From Rickettsiales bacterium (GTDB lineage Bacteria > Pseudomonadota > Alphaproteobacteria > Methylaequorales > Methylaequoraceae): a stretch of 64,000 nucleotides of DNA. The stretch is from positions 2,587-66,586 of the forward strand of contig NZFP01000009.1 in the NCBI GenBank assembly GCA_002689325.1, written 5' to 3'. Shown here piece by piece: positions 27,454 through 37,165 of the stretch (its first letter is position 1; each line of letters opens with the position of its first letter). The notes below the pieces were generated by a model, which saw only the letters and a list, made by a program, of their open reading frames with translations, searched no databases and had not been told where the DNA came from. The position numbers were made by a program, and so were the translations under genes.

Positions 27454-28336
27454 GTTTTTTTTCTATTAATTTTTCCCATATCATCACATGCTCTTTGGCA
27501 TAATTTTCCCAAGTAAGTATTTTTTTAACTCCAGCAAATTTTTTTTTTTGATTAGTAATCTTATTAATTGTTGAAAAAAAGTTTTTTAAGCTAGGGTCTA
27601 ATTTATGTGTTATAAACTTTTGTAAATCTTTTTGGAAACCCTGTGGAATCATTATAGTTTTTAAACCAATTTGAATAGCATCCATAAAGCTCATTGAACC
27701 TTCATCTTGTCCAAGGTAAATTAAATAGTCCAATGATTGTAATTTTTTGAGATAGTTCCACCTAAAGAAAAATCTGTCATAATCAATCTCCATTCCTTTA
27801 TTCCTTAACTTTTCTACATATGGTTTCCAGCCTTTACCAATTATAGTTAATTTTGCAAAATCAGGATTAACCCTAGAAAACGTATCATAAAATATTTTTT
27901 CTTCTTTTCTTCCGTCTCTATATAGATTTGTAAAAATACCAAAATTTATTTTTTTAATTTCTAGATCTCCATCGGCAGGGGGCAAAACAAAAAAAATATT
28001 TTTTAAACCAAGTGACTTTGATTTTATGAATTTTCTATGGTCATCAGAGAAGGCAATTCCAGCGTCTAAAAATTTTGAGATTTTCCTAAGTTTATTAAAC
28101 CTTAACTCATCGTTCACATGCGTTAGCATTGACGTATTAACAGTATTTCTGAAATAAAGAGCTTCATTTTCTTTTTGAAATAGAAAAATTATATAATGAT
28201 TAACATCAACATTCTTCAATGGTTTTTTACCCAAATAAACTTTGTGTCCCAAGTTTCTTAAATTTATAACAAGTTTTTTTGAAATTTTTGTTAAAATCCA
28301 TCCGTCTTGATCTAAATTTATAATATTAATTATCAT
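27443..28336 (-). CDS. hypothetical protein
   Basis: 297-aa ORF. No firm motif. Confidence 0.35.
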   Translation of the reverse strand: MIINIINLDQDGWILTKISKKLVINLRNLGHKVYLGKKPLKNVDVNHYIIFLFQKENEALYFRNTVNTSMLTHVNDELRFNKLRKISKFLDAGIAFSDDHRKFIKSKSLGLKNIFFVLPPADGDLEIKKINFGIFTNLYRDGRKEEKIFYDTFSRVNPDFAKLTIIGKGWKPYVEKLRNKGMEIDYDRFFFRWNYLKKLQSLDYLIYLGQDEGSMSFMDAIQIGLKTIMIPQGFQKDLQKFITHKLDPSLKNFFSTINKITNQKKKFAGVKKILTWENYAKEHVMIWEKLIEKKLNH

Positions 28337-28395
28337 TTTAATTTTTTTAAAATAAATGTAATTTAAATAAAGATTTTAACCTGGAAAAAAAAGTT

Positions 28396-29529
28396 TTGAA
28401 AAAAAAAATAATAAATGTTTGTGAACCACTTATTTCCCAAAGTGCAAAAAAATATTTAAATGAATGTATTCAAACAGAATGGATCTCTTCGTCTGGGAGG
28501 TTTCTTGATTTATTTGAAAGGAAATGGGCAAAGTATTGTGATGCGAAAGATGGTGTAGCTGTTTCAAACGGAACTAGTGCACTTCAAGTTGCTTTTAAAA
28601 GCTTAGATCTAAAGCCTGGAGATGAGGTTATAATGCCATCATTTACAATTATTTCTTGTGCAATGGCAATAATTGAGGCTGGGGGTAAACCCATACTAGT
28701 TGATTGTTATTCTGATAACTGGTGTATGAATATTGATGAAGTAAAAAAAAAAATATCTAATAAAACAAAGGCAATATTAGTTGTTCATATGTTTGGTCAT
28801 CCTGTTGAGATGGATGAAATATTAAAGTTAGTAAAAAAGAATAACCTATTTTTAATAGAAGATGCTGCTGAAGCTCATGGAGCAACTTATAAAAAAAAAA
28901 AAGTAGGATCATTTGGAGATCTTGCGTGTTTCAGCTTTTATGCTAACAAATTAATAACAACGGGTGAAGGAGGAATGGTTGTTTCAAATAATAAAAAACT
29001 TACAGAAAAAGTAAGGTCGTTGAGAAATTTGGCTTTTAGAAATGATAGAAGGTTCTATCATACAGAAATTGGTTACAATTACAGATTAACAAATATGCAG
29101 GCTGCAATTGGTATAAGCCAAATTGAAAATTTAAAGAAACATATAAAAATTAAAAGAACTAATACCAATTTTTATAACAAAATTTTAAATGAAATGTCTT
29201 TACCACTGAGATTACCATTAGAGAAAAATAATGTGATGAGCGTTTATTGGATGTATGGAATAATAATTGAAAATAAAACTTTTAATGCGAAGTTTTTAGC
29301 AACAAAACTTTGGGAACAAGGAATTGAAACAAGACCATTATTTCTAGGTATGCATCAACAGCCAATTTTTAAAAAAATGAATTTATTTAAAAATGAAAAA
29401 TATCCCGTAACTGAAGAACTTGCCGAATATGGGCTTTATCTCCCATCAGGCCTTAAACTAAAAAAAAAAGATATTATTAGAGTATGCAAAACCGTAAAAA
29501 AGATCTTCAATGAAAACAAGAAAAAATAA
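28396..29529 (+). CDS. DegT/DnrJ/EryC1/StrS-family PLP-dependent sugar aminotransferase
   Basis: 377 aa. FSFYANKLITTGEGGMV (PLP-lysine block). AVSNGTSAL and EDAAEAHGA blocks. Confidence 0.85.
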   Translation: MKKKIINVCEPLISQSAKKYLNECIQTEWISSSGRFLDLFERKWAKYCDAKDGVAVSNGTSALQVAFKSLDLKPGDEVIMPSFTIISCAMAIIEAGGKPILVDCYSDNWCMNIDEVKKKISNKTKAILVVHMFGHPVEMDEILKLVKKNNLFLIEDAAEAHGATYKKKKVGSFGDLACFSFYANKLITTGEGGMVVSNNKKLTEKVRSLRNLAFRNDRRFYHTEIGYNYRLTNMQAAIGISQIENLKKHIKIKRTNTNFYNKILNEMSLPLRLPLEKNNVMSVYWMYGIIIENKTFNAKFLATKLWEQGIETRPLFLGMHQQPIFKKMNLFKNEKYPVTEELAEYGLYLPSGLKLKKKDIIRVCKTVKKIFNENKKK

Positions 29530-30283
29530 TATTTTCAAAGAAGTTTATTCTGATTATTATGATCTTATTTACAAAAGAAAAGACTATAGAAATGAATGTC
29601 AGAGAATTCTAAACTTTTTAAAAAAAAAAAAAGTCAACAAGGTACTTGAAATAGGTTGTGGCACATGTAGTCACTCAATAATATTAGCCAAAGAAAATTT
29701 TCAAATAGTTGGTATTGATAGCTCCGAAGAAATGCTGAAAGTAGCTAAAAAAAAAATTTTACATCACAAAGTATCAAATATTCAGTTAATCAAGGGAAAT
29801 GCAGAAAAAATTAACAAATTCATTCATGAAAAATTCGACGTTGTACTTATTTTATTCAATGTAGTTGGTTATTTAAGTAATTTAGAATCGTTTATTAATA
29901 AGATTAGAAATTTTTTAAATACCAACTCTACCCTAATCTTTGATTTTTGGCATCAGGAAGCAATTGAATTGAGTGGTCCGAGAAAGACAACAAAAATTTT
30001 TAAGAGAGATGATTCTGAACTTGAAAGAATATCTCAGGGAGTGATAAATAGTAAAAAAAAAATAGTAGAAATTAAAGTTGAATGTTCAATTTTTAAAAAT
30101 AAAAAATTTATTGGAAAAGCTACGGAAGTTCATGAACTTAGATACTACTGTGTAGACTACTTGAGGAAAATAATTACAAAAAATGGGTTTAAGATTGAAA
30201 AATTTGAGGATTTCAAAACAAAAAATATAGGTCCACAAAAAAAAAATTGGAGTGCGTATTGTGTCGCTAAGTTTTTAGGGTAA
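29510..30283 (+). CDS. class I SAM-dependent methyltransferase
   Basis: Motif I VLEIGCGTCSHS. Overlaps the aminotransferase by 20 nt. Confidence 0.7.
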   Translation: MKTRKNNIFKEVYSDYYDLIYKRKDYRNECQRILNFLKKKKVNKVLEIGCGTCSHSIILAKENFQIVGIDSSEEMLKVAKKKILHHKVSNIQLIKGNAEKINKFIHEKFDVVLILFNVVGYLSNLESFINKIRNFLNTNSTLIFDFWHQEAIELSGPRKTTKIFKRDDSELERISQGVINSKKKIVEIKVECSIFKNKKFIGKATEVHELRYYCVDYLRKIITKNGFKIEKFEDFKTKNIGPQKKNWSAYCVAKFLG

Positions 30284-30303
30284 TATTTTGTTCTTTTATA
30301 GCA

Positions 30304-31536
30304 ATGAAAATAAAAAATTGTAGATTTTGCAACTCCAGGGATTTAAAACTTTTTTTAGATCTTGGAAGTTGCCCACCCGCAGATCAGTTTTTAAAAACTC
30401 CTTACTCAATAAATAAAGCTAAGAAATATCCTCTACAAGTTGTAGTTTGCAAAAGTTGTGGGTTGGTCCAACTAAATTACACGTGCCCAGGTGAAATTCT
30501 ATATCAACAAGACTATCCTTACGAGTCAGATATTACAAAAGAAGGAAGAAGTCATTGGAAAACATTCGCTGAAGATGTTGTTAAAAGATTTAAATTAAAT
30601 AAAAATGATTTGGTTATTGATATTGGTAGCAATGTTGGTGAACTTTTAATCAATTTTTTAAATTGCGGGACAAAGGTTTATGGAATTGATCCTGCCAAGA
30701 ATATTGCTAACAAAGCAATCAAAAGGGGGGTACCTACAATAAAAAAATTTTTTAATAAATCAATTATCAAATATTTGAAAAAAAATAAAATTTATCCAAA
30801 AGTAATCACTGGAACGAATGTATTTGCTCACTTAGACGATATTGAAGGATGTGTAAGTGTTATAAAAGAGATTTTACTTTTTGATGGTTTATTGATAATA
30901 GAAGCTCCTTATCTAAGAAATCTCATCTCTGGTCTTGAATATGATACAATTTACCATGAACACCTAACCTACTTATCACTGCATCCAATGAAAAAGTTGT
31001 TTAAAAAGTATGAGATGGAAATTTTTGATGTTCAGTTTAAGGATATTCATGGAGGATCAATAAGAGTATTCGTAAAACATAAAGATGGGCCATTTAAGAC
31101 ATCTACCTCAATTAAAAAAATTGAACACAGAGAGACTATAGAAAAACTTAATTCTATTTCTACACTTAAAAATTTTTCTACAAATGTAAAAAAACATGCG
31201 ATTGAATTAAAAAAATTATTAAGAAAATTAAAGTCTCAAAAAAAAAGAATTGCATGTGTGGGTGCACCTGCTAAAGGTATGACTCTTTTAAACTATAATA
31301 AAATTGATAATAATTTGATAGATTTTGTGACTGAAGTTTCGCAGTTAAAAATTAATAAATATTGTCCTGGCACAGAATTAAAAATAGTTAACGATTATAA
31401 GCTTATTGATGAAAATATTGACTATGCATTAATTTTGCCCTGGAATTTTAAAAATGAAATAATGCAGAATCTTAAAGATTTTAAAAAAAAAGGTGGACAA
31501 TTTATCATTCCCTTTCCAAAAATAGAGATTATTTAA
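30304..31536 (+). CDS. sugar C-methyltransferase (TylCIII-like; N-terminal Zn-ribbon + SAM MT + C-methyltransferase C-terminal domain)
   Basis: CRFCNSRDL...CKSCGLVQL four-Cys ribbon, then DIGSNVGE motif I. 410 aa is typical of NDP-hexose C-methyltransferases. Confidence 0.7.
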   Translation: MKIKNCRFCNSRDLKLFLDLGSCPPADQFLKTPYSINKAKKYPLQVVVCKSCGLVQLNYTCPGEILYQQDYPYESDITKEGRSHWKTFAEDVVKRFKLNKNDLVIDIGSNVGELLINFLNCGTKVYGIDPAKNIANKAIKRGVPTIKKFFNKSIIKYLKKNKIYPKVITGTNVFAHLDDIEGCVSVIKEILLFDGLLIIEAPYLRNLISGLEYDTIYHEHLTYLSLHPMKKLFKKYEMEIFDVQFKDIHGGSIRVFVKHKDGPFKTSTSIKKIEHRETIEKLNSISTLKNFSTNVKKHAIELKKLLRKLKSQKKRIACVGAPAKGMTLLNYNKIDNNLIDFVTEVSQLKINKYCPGTELKIVNDYKLIDENIDYALILPWNFKNEIMQNLKDFKKKGGQFIIPFPKIEII

Positions 31537-31542
31537 AAAAAA

Positions 31543-31917
31543 ATGATAATAAAAAAAATTAAAGATAACTTTGAAGATCATAGGGGGGCAATAAGAGATA
31601 TTATTGCTAAAGAAAGAATTGATTTTGTGACGATTATTTCAAACAAAAAAGGCGCTGTAAGAGGTAATCACTATCATAAAGAAACTGTTCAATATCTTTA
31701 TGTTTTAGAAGGGTCAATTTTAGTTGCATCCCAGTTTGAAGGTCAGGAGCTAAAAAAACAAATTCTATCTGAGGGAGATCTTCTTCAGAACGAAGCATTG
31801 GAGCATCATGCCATTGAATCACTGGAAGATAGCAAACTTTTAATTTTGACTAGGGGCCCTAGAGGAGGTGATGATTATGAGTCCGACACCTTTAAACTTG
31901 ATAAACCTCTTCTTTAG
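31543..31917 (+). CDS. cupin-fold sugar isomerase/epimerase (FdtA/WxcM-like)
   Basis: 124 aa. RGNHYHKETVQYLYVLEGSILV cupin His cluster. Confidence 0.5.
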   Translation: MIIKKIKDNFEDHRGAIRDIIAKERIDFVTIISNKKGAVRGNHYHKETVQYLYVLEGSILVASQFEGQELKKQILSEGDLLQNEALEHHAIESLEDSKLLILTRGPRGGDDYESDTFKLDKPLL

Positions 31918-32657
31918 AAAAACTTCATTTTTTTGATATGTTTCCATAACCTTTTCAAACCTTTGGGAGCGTTAGTTTTTCTTCGTTTAGGCCATTTCCG
32001 AGTAGGATCTAAAATTGTTCGGTCTAAACCAATATCCTTGACTGCTGGGTCTTCAATTATTACTGTGTAGAAGCCTTTTTTTTTATACTCCACACCGATA
32101 TCAAGTTCATTCTTAAATCTTTCGTATCCACCAATTAGCTTATAATCTTCCATTCTTTTAATTCCTGGCCGGAACGAAAAATAACCCCATTCCCAGCCAG
32201 GCTTACAAAATACTTTTCTAAAGCCAATATTACTTCCACTGATTTTATTTAATGGGCCATAACTAAAAATATCTAATCTGCTTGCACTTTCTTTACTTTC
32301 AAGCCAAACCTGAATTATCTTTTGATCTGTTTGAAGAATTCTTAAAGAGTCTTCAATAAATCCACTTCTAGTGTAAACCCAATCATCTTCACAATGAAAA
32401 ATAAAAGGAGTTTTTACTTTTTTATAAGTATCTACTATTGACTGAATCTGACCTTTTTTATTTCTATTAAAAATAAGTTTTAATTTCCCACCCCATTTAT
32501 TTTCTATGTGCTCATAAACATTTAAGTCAACTGAATCCTCTACCAAAAATAGGTTTTCTAATTCATATGAGTTTTTTTTAAAAAAACTTTCTAAGGTTGG
32601 ATCTAAAAGATCAACTCTTCCACAGCTAGTTAATACAAAAGTTACTTTATTTTTCAT
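31914..32657 (-). CDS. putative GT-A fold glycosyltransferase
   Basis: VTFVLTSCGRVDLLDPTLESF (GT2-like N-terminal block) and HCEDDW acidic motif. Confidence 0.4.
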   Translation of the reverse strand: MKNKVTFVLTSCGRVDLLDPTLESFFKKNSYELENLFLVEDSVDLNVYEHIENKWGGKLKLIFNRNKKGQIQSIVDTYKKVKTPFIFHCEDDWVYTRSGFIEDSLRILQTDQKIIQVWLESKESASRLDIFSYGPLNKISGSNIGFRKVFCKPGWEWGYFSFRPGIKRMEDYKLIGGYERFKNELDIGVEYKKKGFYTVIIEDPAVKDIGLDRTILDPTRKWPKRRKTNAPKGLKRLWKHIKKMKFF

Positions 32658-32736
32658 AATATAATAATCATTTTATCCGACTGTTGGTATTTTGATTAGA
32701 AGCATTCTACTTAATTTTAGAATCGTTATAAAAATT

Positions 32737-33453
32737 TCAAATGTTAAAGTGAATTTTTTTATTATTATTTTTAGAAAAGAAATATGTCCACCCATAAATA
32801 GATACTAATGAATATTTTTTATCTAGGAAGTATTTATAAATTTTATTAGATAAGGGTGGGCAATTTTTATCGTGAATTTCTATAGACACTAGGTCAGGAC
32901 TGAATTTATTTAGTGAGAATCCATTAAGAGTATTCATTTCATTTCCCTCAACATCAATATTCAGATAATTAATTTGGTTAACTTTAAATTTCTTTAAAAC
33001 CGAATCAAGCGTAAGTTGCTGAATTTTTAAAATCTCAGGTTTTTTATTAACACTTTTTTGAGTGTACTTCTTAAATTTTTCATCAACAGTATTCATCGAG
33101 CAATTATCGTAAAATATGTATGAATTAACAATTTTTTCTTGGTTACCAATAGAAACATTCAAACTTATATCTCTAGGTCGAATGAATTTATTTAAATTTA
33201 TTGCTCTTTTTGATATATCTACGTTAATTCCACTCCACCCTTTTTTATACAGGAGATAAGTTAATGAAGAATTTTTTGGTAAATTACAACCTATATCAAC
33301 ATAAAAGCCTTTTTTAACATCCTTAAAAAAAAAATTTATAAAAAGGTCTTCACCAAAGTTTTCTGAATATGATTTCTTATATTTTCCAAAATAATTTGTT
33401 ACTAAATCATAAAAAAATAAAGATTTTATTTTTTTTCTAAACTTTTTAAACAC
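32737..33453 (-). CDS. FkbM-family methyltransferase
   Basis: VDIGCNLPKNSSLTYLLYKKGWSGINVD ... NIDVEGNEMNTLNG. Closest paralogue of 21261-21983. Confidence 0.7.
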   Translation of the reverse strand: MFKKFRKKIKSLFFYDLVTNYFGKYKKSYSENFGEDLFINFFFKDVKKGFYVDIGCNLPKNSSLTYLLYKKGWSGINVDISKRAINLNKFIRPRDISLNVSIGNQEKIVNSYIFYDNCSMNTVDEKFKKYTQKSVNKKPEILKIQQLTLDSVLKKFKVNQINYLNIDVEGNEMNTLNGFSLNKFSPDLVSIEIHDKNCPPLSNKIYKYFLDKKYSLVSIYGWTYFFSKNNNKKIHFNI

Positions 33454-33624
33454 TTTTTTTTCCCATGTTATTATACTGTACTAAAAAATAATATTCCTAA
33501 AAATTAAATTTTAATAAGATTTGAGATATGGTTTTAATTTTGTAAGTTTTTAATTATCCAAAAACAAAGTATAAAATTTTAAACTTAATTATACCAATTT
33601 TACCTAACGCCCTTAAAAAAAATT

Positions 33625-34266
33625 ATGTCAATTAATGACTTTAAAAAAACCAAACAATGGCACAAAGATTTTAAAACTTTAGGATACAACCCAAAGTTAA
33701 TTTTCAAAAAAGCAAAAACGAAGTTTGAAATTTTATTTTCTCTTAGTTTTTTTTTAGTAATAATGGCGTCAGAAATATTGTTAAATCAACCAATTAAAAA
33801 AAAAATAAACATTATTCACAATAATTTTCTTTATAAATTAATAAGCAAAAATAGCAAAAAAGTTGACAGAGTTGAAACTAATTCATTTAGCTTTAGTCTT
33901 TTTATGATTCTACAAAAATTATTTAAAGAAGAAGATACATTTGAAAAATATGCTGACGAAATTATAAACTTCTCAATTTGTCACTGGTCAAAAATTCAAA
34001 AAATAAGTGATGAACAATATTTGCAAAAAATGGATAATATCCTGAAGTTATGGAATAAAAATAAACCTATAGTTTTTTCTAAGATTGATTCTTCTAAAAT
34101 TGATTTAATAATTTTGCTATATAAAAGTTTTGAAGTTGGTATTGGAGATAAGGAGATTATAAAAAAAAATATTGCTGTATTAGGATTTTCTATAAGCAAA
34201 GTATTCAAAGAATTTAGATATGATGTTATAGATGAATTTAAAAAAAAAGAAAAAATAATTAGATAA
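33625..34266 (+). CDS. hypothetical protein
   Basis: 213-aa ORF. No motif recognised. Confidence 0.3.
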   Translation: MSINDFKKTKQWHKDFKTLGYNPKLIFKKAKTKFEILFSLSFFLVIMASEILLNQPIKKKINIIHNNFLYKLISKNSKKVDRVETNSFSFSLFMILQKLFKEEDTFEKYADEIINFSICHWSKIQKISDEQYLQKMDNILKLWNKNKPIVFSKIDSSKIDLIILLYKSFEVGIGDKEIIKKNIAVLGFSISKVFKEFRYDVIDEFKKKEKIIR

Positions 34267-34307
34267 TGTAGATTTACTTATCTACTTATATTCTTTATAT
34301 TCTTATT

Positions 34308-34436
34308 ATGTCAAATAATGAAAGTGGTTGTGGTTGTGGTCGTTCACCGACTGGAACATGCATAGGCTGGCATGCTCTAAGTGAAGAAGAGTATCAAAAA
34401 AAGCTCGCTCTTTATAAAAAGAAAATGAAAAAATAA
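34308..34436 (+). CDS. possible small Cys/Gly-rich protein (42 aa)
   Basis: MSNNESGCGCGRSPTGTCIGWHALSEEEYQKKLALYKKKMKK. Locally GC-enriched. Below the ORF-track length cut-off. Confidence 0.25.
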   Translation: MSNNESGCGCGRSPTGTCIGWHALSEEEYQKKLALYKKKMKK

Positions 34437-34477
34437 CTTTTCAGATTTCATAAATTATAAAATAAATATTTATAGAT

Positions 34478-35674
34478 TTGTTAACAATAAAAAGCTTTTA
34501 CATGTTTTTAAAAAATTATTTTTTAATACTTCTAATTTTCCTATCAAGCAATATTCCTATGGCTCAAGATAAATTTAGTAATTTTAAAAAATATCCAAAA
34601 ACGAATCAAAAGTTCAAGCTAGTAAAAGTCACCGAAAAATTGAATTATCCATGGGGGATGACTTTTATTGATAAGGAACACCTATTAGTTACAGAAAAAA
34701 ATGGCAGATTATTAAAAATTAATATTAAAACTGGATTAAAAAAGGAAATCAAACATGAAATTCAAAGTATAAAGTTTAAAAATGAAAAAAAAATATCAAC
34801 CCAACAAGGTGGATTACTTGATGTTCTTTATGATAATGGATGGGTTTATTTTAGTTACAGTCACACTTTCGAAAAAAATAACCTAGATGATCGTAGCTCT
34901 GGTAGATTTTCTAGTACTGCAATAGCCAGAGGAATTTTAAAAGATGATAAGATTTTAAATTTAAAGGTTTTATTCATTGCTAAACCAAAGCTTATTTCTG
35001 GAAAGCATTTTGGCTCAAGAATGGTTATTAAAGACGAGTTTATTTTTGCAAGTTTTGGTGATAGAGGCCTTGGTATGATTGCTCAAGATCCTGAAAAGCA
35101 CCACGGAAGCATAATAAGAATTAAAACTGATGGTTCCATACCATCTGATAATCCAAAAGCAAAAGGAAAAAAAAACTGGCTTTCAGAGATTTATCAAATT
35201 GGATTACGTAACCCGCAGGGAATGACTATTAACCCTAACAATAACAGAATTTATTTTTCTAACCATGGGCCTCGAGGTGGTGATTCTATTGGTGTAATAA
35301 AATTTGGAGGAAACTATGGTTGGAAAGAAATTGCTTGGGGTGGGACCGAATATATTGGAACAAAAATTGGAAAATCAGCTCTTAATAATATTTATGATGA
35401 CCCAGTTAAAATTTGGGTTCCCTCAATTGGTGCTGGAAACTTAACATTTTATAATGGAAAAACTTTTCCTGATTGGCAGGGTGATCTTTTAGTAACAGCA
35501 ACTGGATCAAAAATGTTGGTAAGAATAAACTTTGACAATGAAAAAGTCATAGGAGAAGAATTTATTCTTAAAGATGAAATTGGAAGAGTTAGAGATCTTG
35601 AAGTTGATATTGACGGAGACATTTATTTGATTAGCGATGAATTCAACTCCAAACTCTGGAAAATAACTAAGTAA
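34478..35674 (+). CDS. PQQ-dependent soluble sugar (aldose/sorbosone) dehydrogenase, YliI-like beta-propeller
   Basis: NYPWGMTFIDKEHLLVTEKNGRL, GGLLDV and NHGPRGGDSIGVIKFGGNYGW blocks. Confidence 0.8.
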   Translation: MLTIKSFYMFLKNYFLILLIFLSSNIPMAQDKFSNFKKYPKTNQKFKLVKVTEKLNYPWGMTFIDKEHLLVTEKNGRLLKINIKTGLKKEIKHEIQSIKFKNEKKISTQQGGLLDVLYDNGWVYFSYSHTFEKNNLDDRSSGRFSSTAIARGILKDDKILNLKVLFIAKPKLISGKHFGSRMVIKDEFIFASFGDRGLGMIAQDPEKHHGSIIRIKTDGSIPSDNPKAKGKKNWLSEIYQIGLRNPQGMTINPNNNRIYFSNHGPRGGDSIGVIKFGGNYGWKEIAWGGTEYIGTKIGKSALNNIYDDPVKIWVPSIGAGNLTFYNGKTFPDWQGDLLVTATGSKMLVRINFDNEKVIGEEFILKDEIGRVRDLEVDIDGDIYLISDEFNSKLWKITK

Positions 35675-35716
35675 TGTATAATTCAATTCTTTATTTATTA
35701 GATAAAATATTTCTGA

Positions 35717-37165
35717 TTAATAAGGTAGGTTACTTTTACCCATTAAAAACTGATCAACTGAGTGAGCAACTTGTCTTCCCTCTCTAATTGCCCAAACCAC
35801 AAGAGATTGTCCTCTTCTCATATCCCCCGAAACAAATATTTTTTTTTGATTAGTTTTATAGTCAAAATCGTTAGCTTTAACATTTCCACGATCATCAAGA
35901 TCTAAACCTAGTTTTTCAATTAGTTTGTCTTTTTTCGGATGAAGGAATCCCATTGCTAAAAGAACAAGATCGGTTTTAATATCTATCTCAGAATGACTAC
36001 CACTTAAATCTTTTAATTCTAGTTGACCATTTTTATTTCTTTCCCATTTTACCTTTTTTAACCTAAGAGAACTTACTTTGTTTTTATATCCTTCAAATAG
36101 TTTTGTGGAAACACTCCAATTTCTTGACACACCTTCCTCATGTGAACTTGATGTTCTCAATTTGAGAGGCCAGTTTGGCCATGTCAAAAGTTTGTTTTCT
36201 TTTTCTGGAGGTTTGTCTAGAATTTCTAACTGTGTGACTGATTTTGCTCCTTGACGATTTGAAGTACCTATGCAATCAGAGCCTGTATCACCTCCGCCTA
36301 TAACAACTACATGCTTATCTTTTGCTGATATTTTTTCTTTATCCTGTATTTTATCACCTTCACACATTTTATTTTGAAGAGTTAAAAAATCCATTGCAAA
36401 ATGAATTCCATCTAATTGTCGTCCAGGTATATTTAAATCTCTTGGTTCCTCTGAGCCACATGCAAGAACAATCGCATCAAATTCATTTAGAATTTCTTTT
36501 GCGTCAATATTTTCTCCAATATGGCTATCACATTTAAACTCTACACCTTCTTCTTGCATTTGAACTATTCGTTTATCTATATAATGCTTTTCCATTTTGA
36601 AATTAGGAATACCATATCTAAGTAAACCACCAGCTCTGTCATTTTTTTCAAAAACAGTAACCGTATGACCAGCCCTAGCGAGTTGCTGTGCACTTGCTAA
36701 ACCTGCAGGTCCAGATCCTACCACCGCAATCTTTTTGTCAGTTTTATTTTTATTAATTTCTGGAACAACCCAACCCATCTCATAACCTTTATCAATAATT
36801 GATCTTTCAATACTTTTAATTGCAACAGGGTTATCTTCAATATTTAGTGTACACGATGCTTCACATGGAGCTGGACAAATTCTTCCAGTAAATTCAGGGA
36901 AATTATTCGTTGAGTGAAGTGTTTTTAAAGCATTTTCCCAATCCTCATCATAAACTAATTCATTCCATTCAGGTATGATATTATTAACTGGACAAGAGCT
37001 GTGGCAATAGGGAATTCCACAATTCATACATCTTGAAGCTTGTTGATTTAAAACCTTGCTAGAGTAGGGGATGATGAATTCTTTAAAGTTTTTTACCCTC
37101 GTTTTAGGGGAAACTAATTTATTCTCAGCTCTATCATGTTCTAAAAAACCAGTTACTTTTCCCAT
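35717..37165 (-). CDS. gltD: glutamate synthase (NADPH) small subunit
   Basis: 482 aa. Cys clusters CMNCGIPYC ... CPAPCEASC. Dinucleotide motif VVGSGPAGL. Overlaps gltB by 13 nt. Confidence 0.9.
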   Translation of the reverse strand: MGKVTGFLEHDRAENKLVSPKTRVKNFKEFIIPYSSKVLNQQASRCMNCGIPYCHSSCPVNNIIPEWNELVYDEDWENALKTLHSTNNFPEFTGRICPAPCEASCTLNIEDNPVAIKSIERSIIDKGYEMGWVVPEINKNKTDKKIAVVGSGPAGLASAQQLARAGHTVTVFEKNDRAGGLLRYGIPNFKMEKHYIDKRIVQMQEEGVEFKCDSHIGENIDAKEILNEFDAIVLACGSEEPRDLNIPGRQLDGIHFAMDFLTLQNKMCEGDKIQDKEKISAKDKHVVVIGGGDTGSDCIGTSNRQGAKSVTQLEILDKPPEKENKLLTWPNWPLKLRTSSSHEEGVSRNWSVSTKLFEGYKNKVSSLRLKKVKWERNKNGQLELKDLSGSHSEIDIKTDLVLLAMGFLHPKKDKLIEKLGLDLDDRGNVKANDFDYKTNQKKIFVSGDMRRGQSLVVWAIREGRQVAHSVDQFLMGKSNLPY

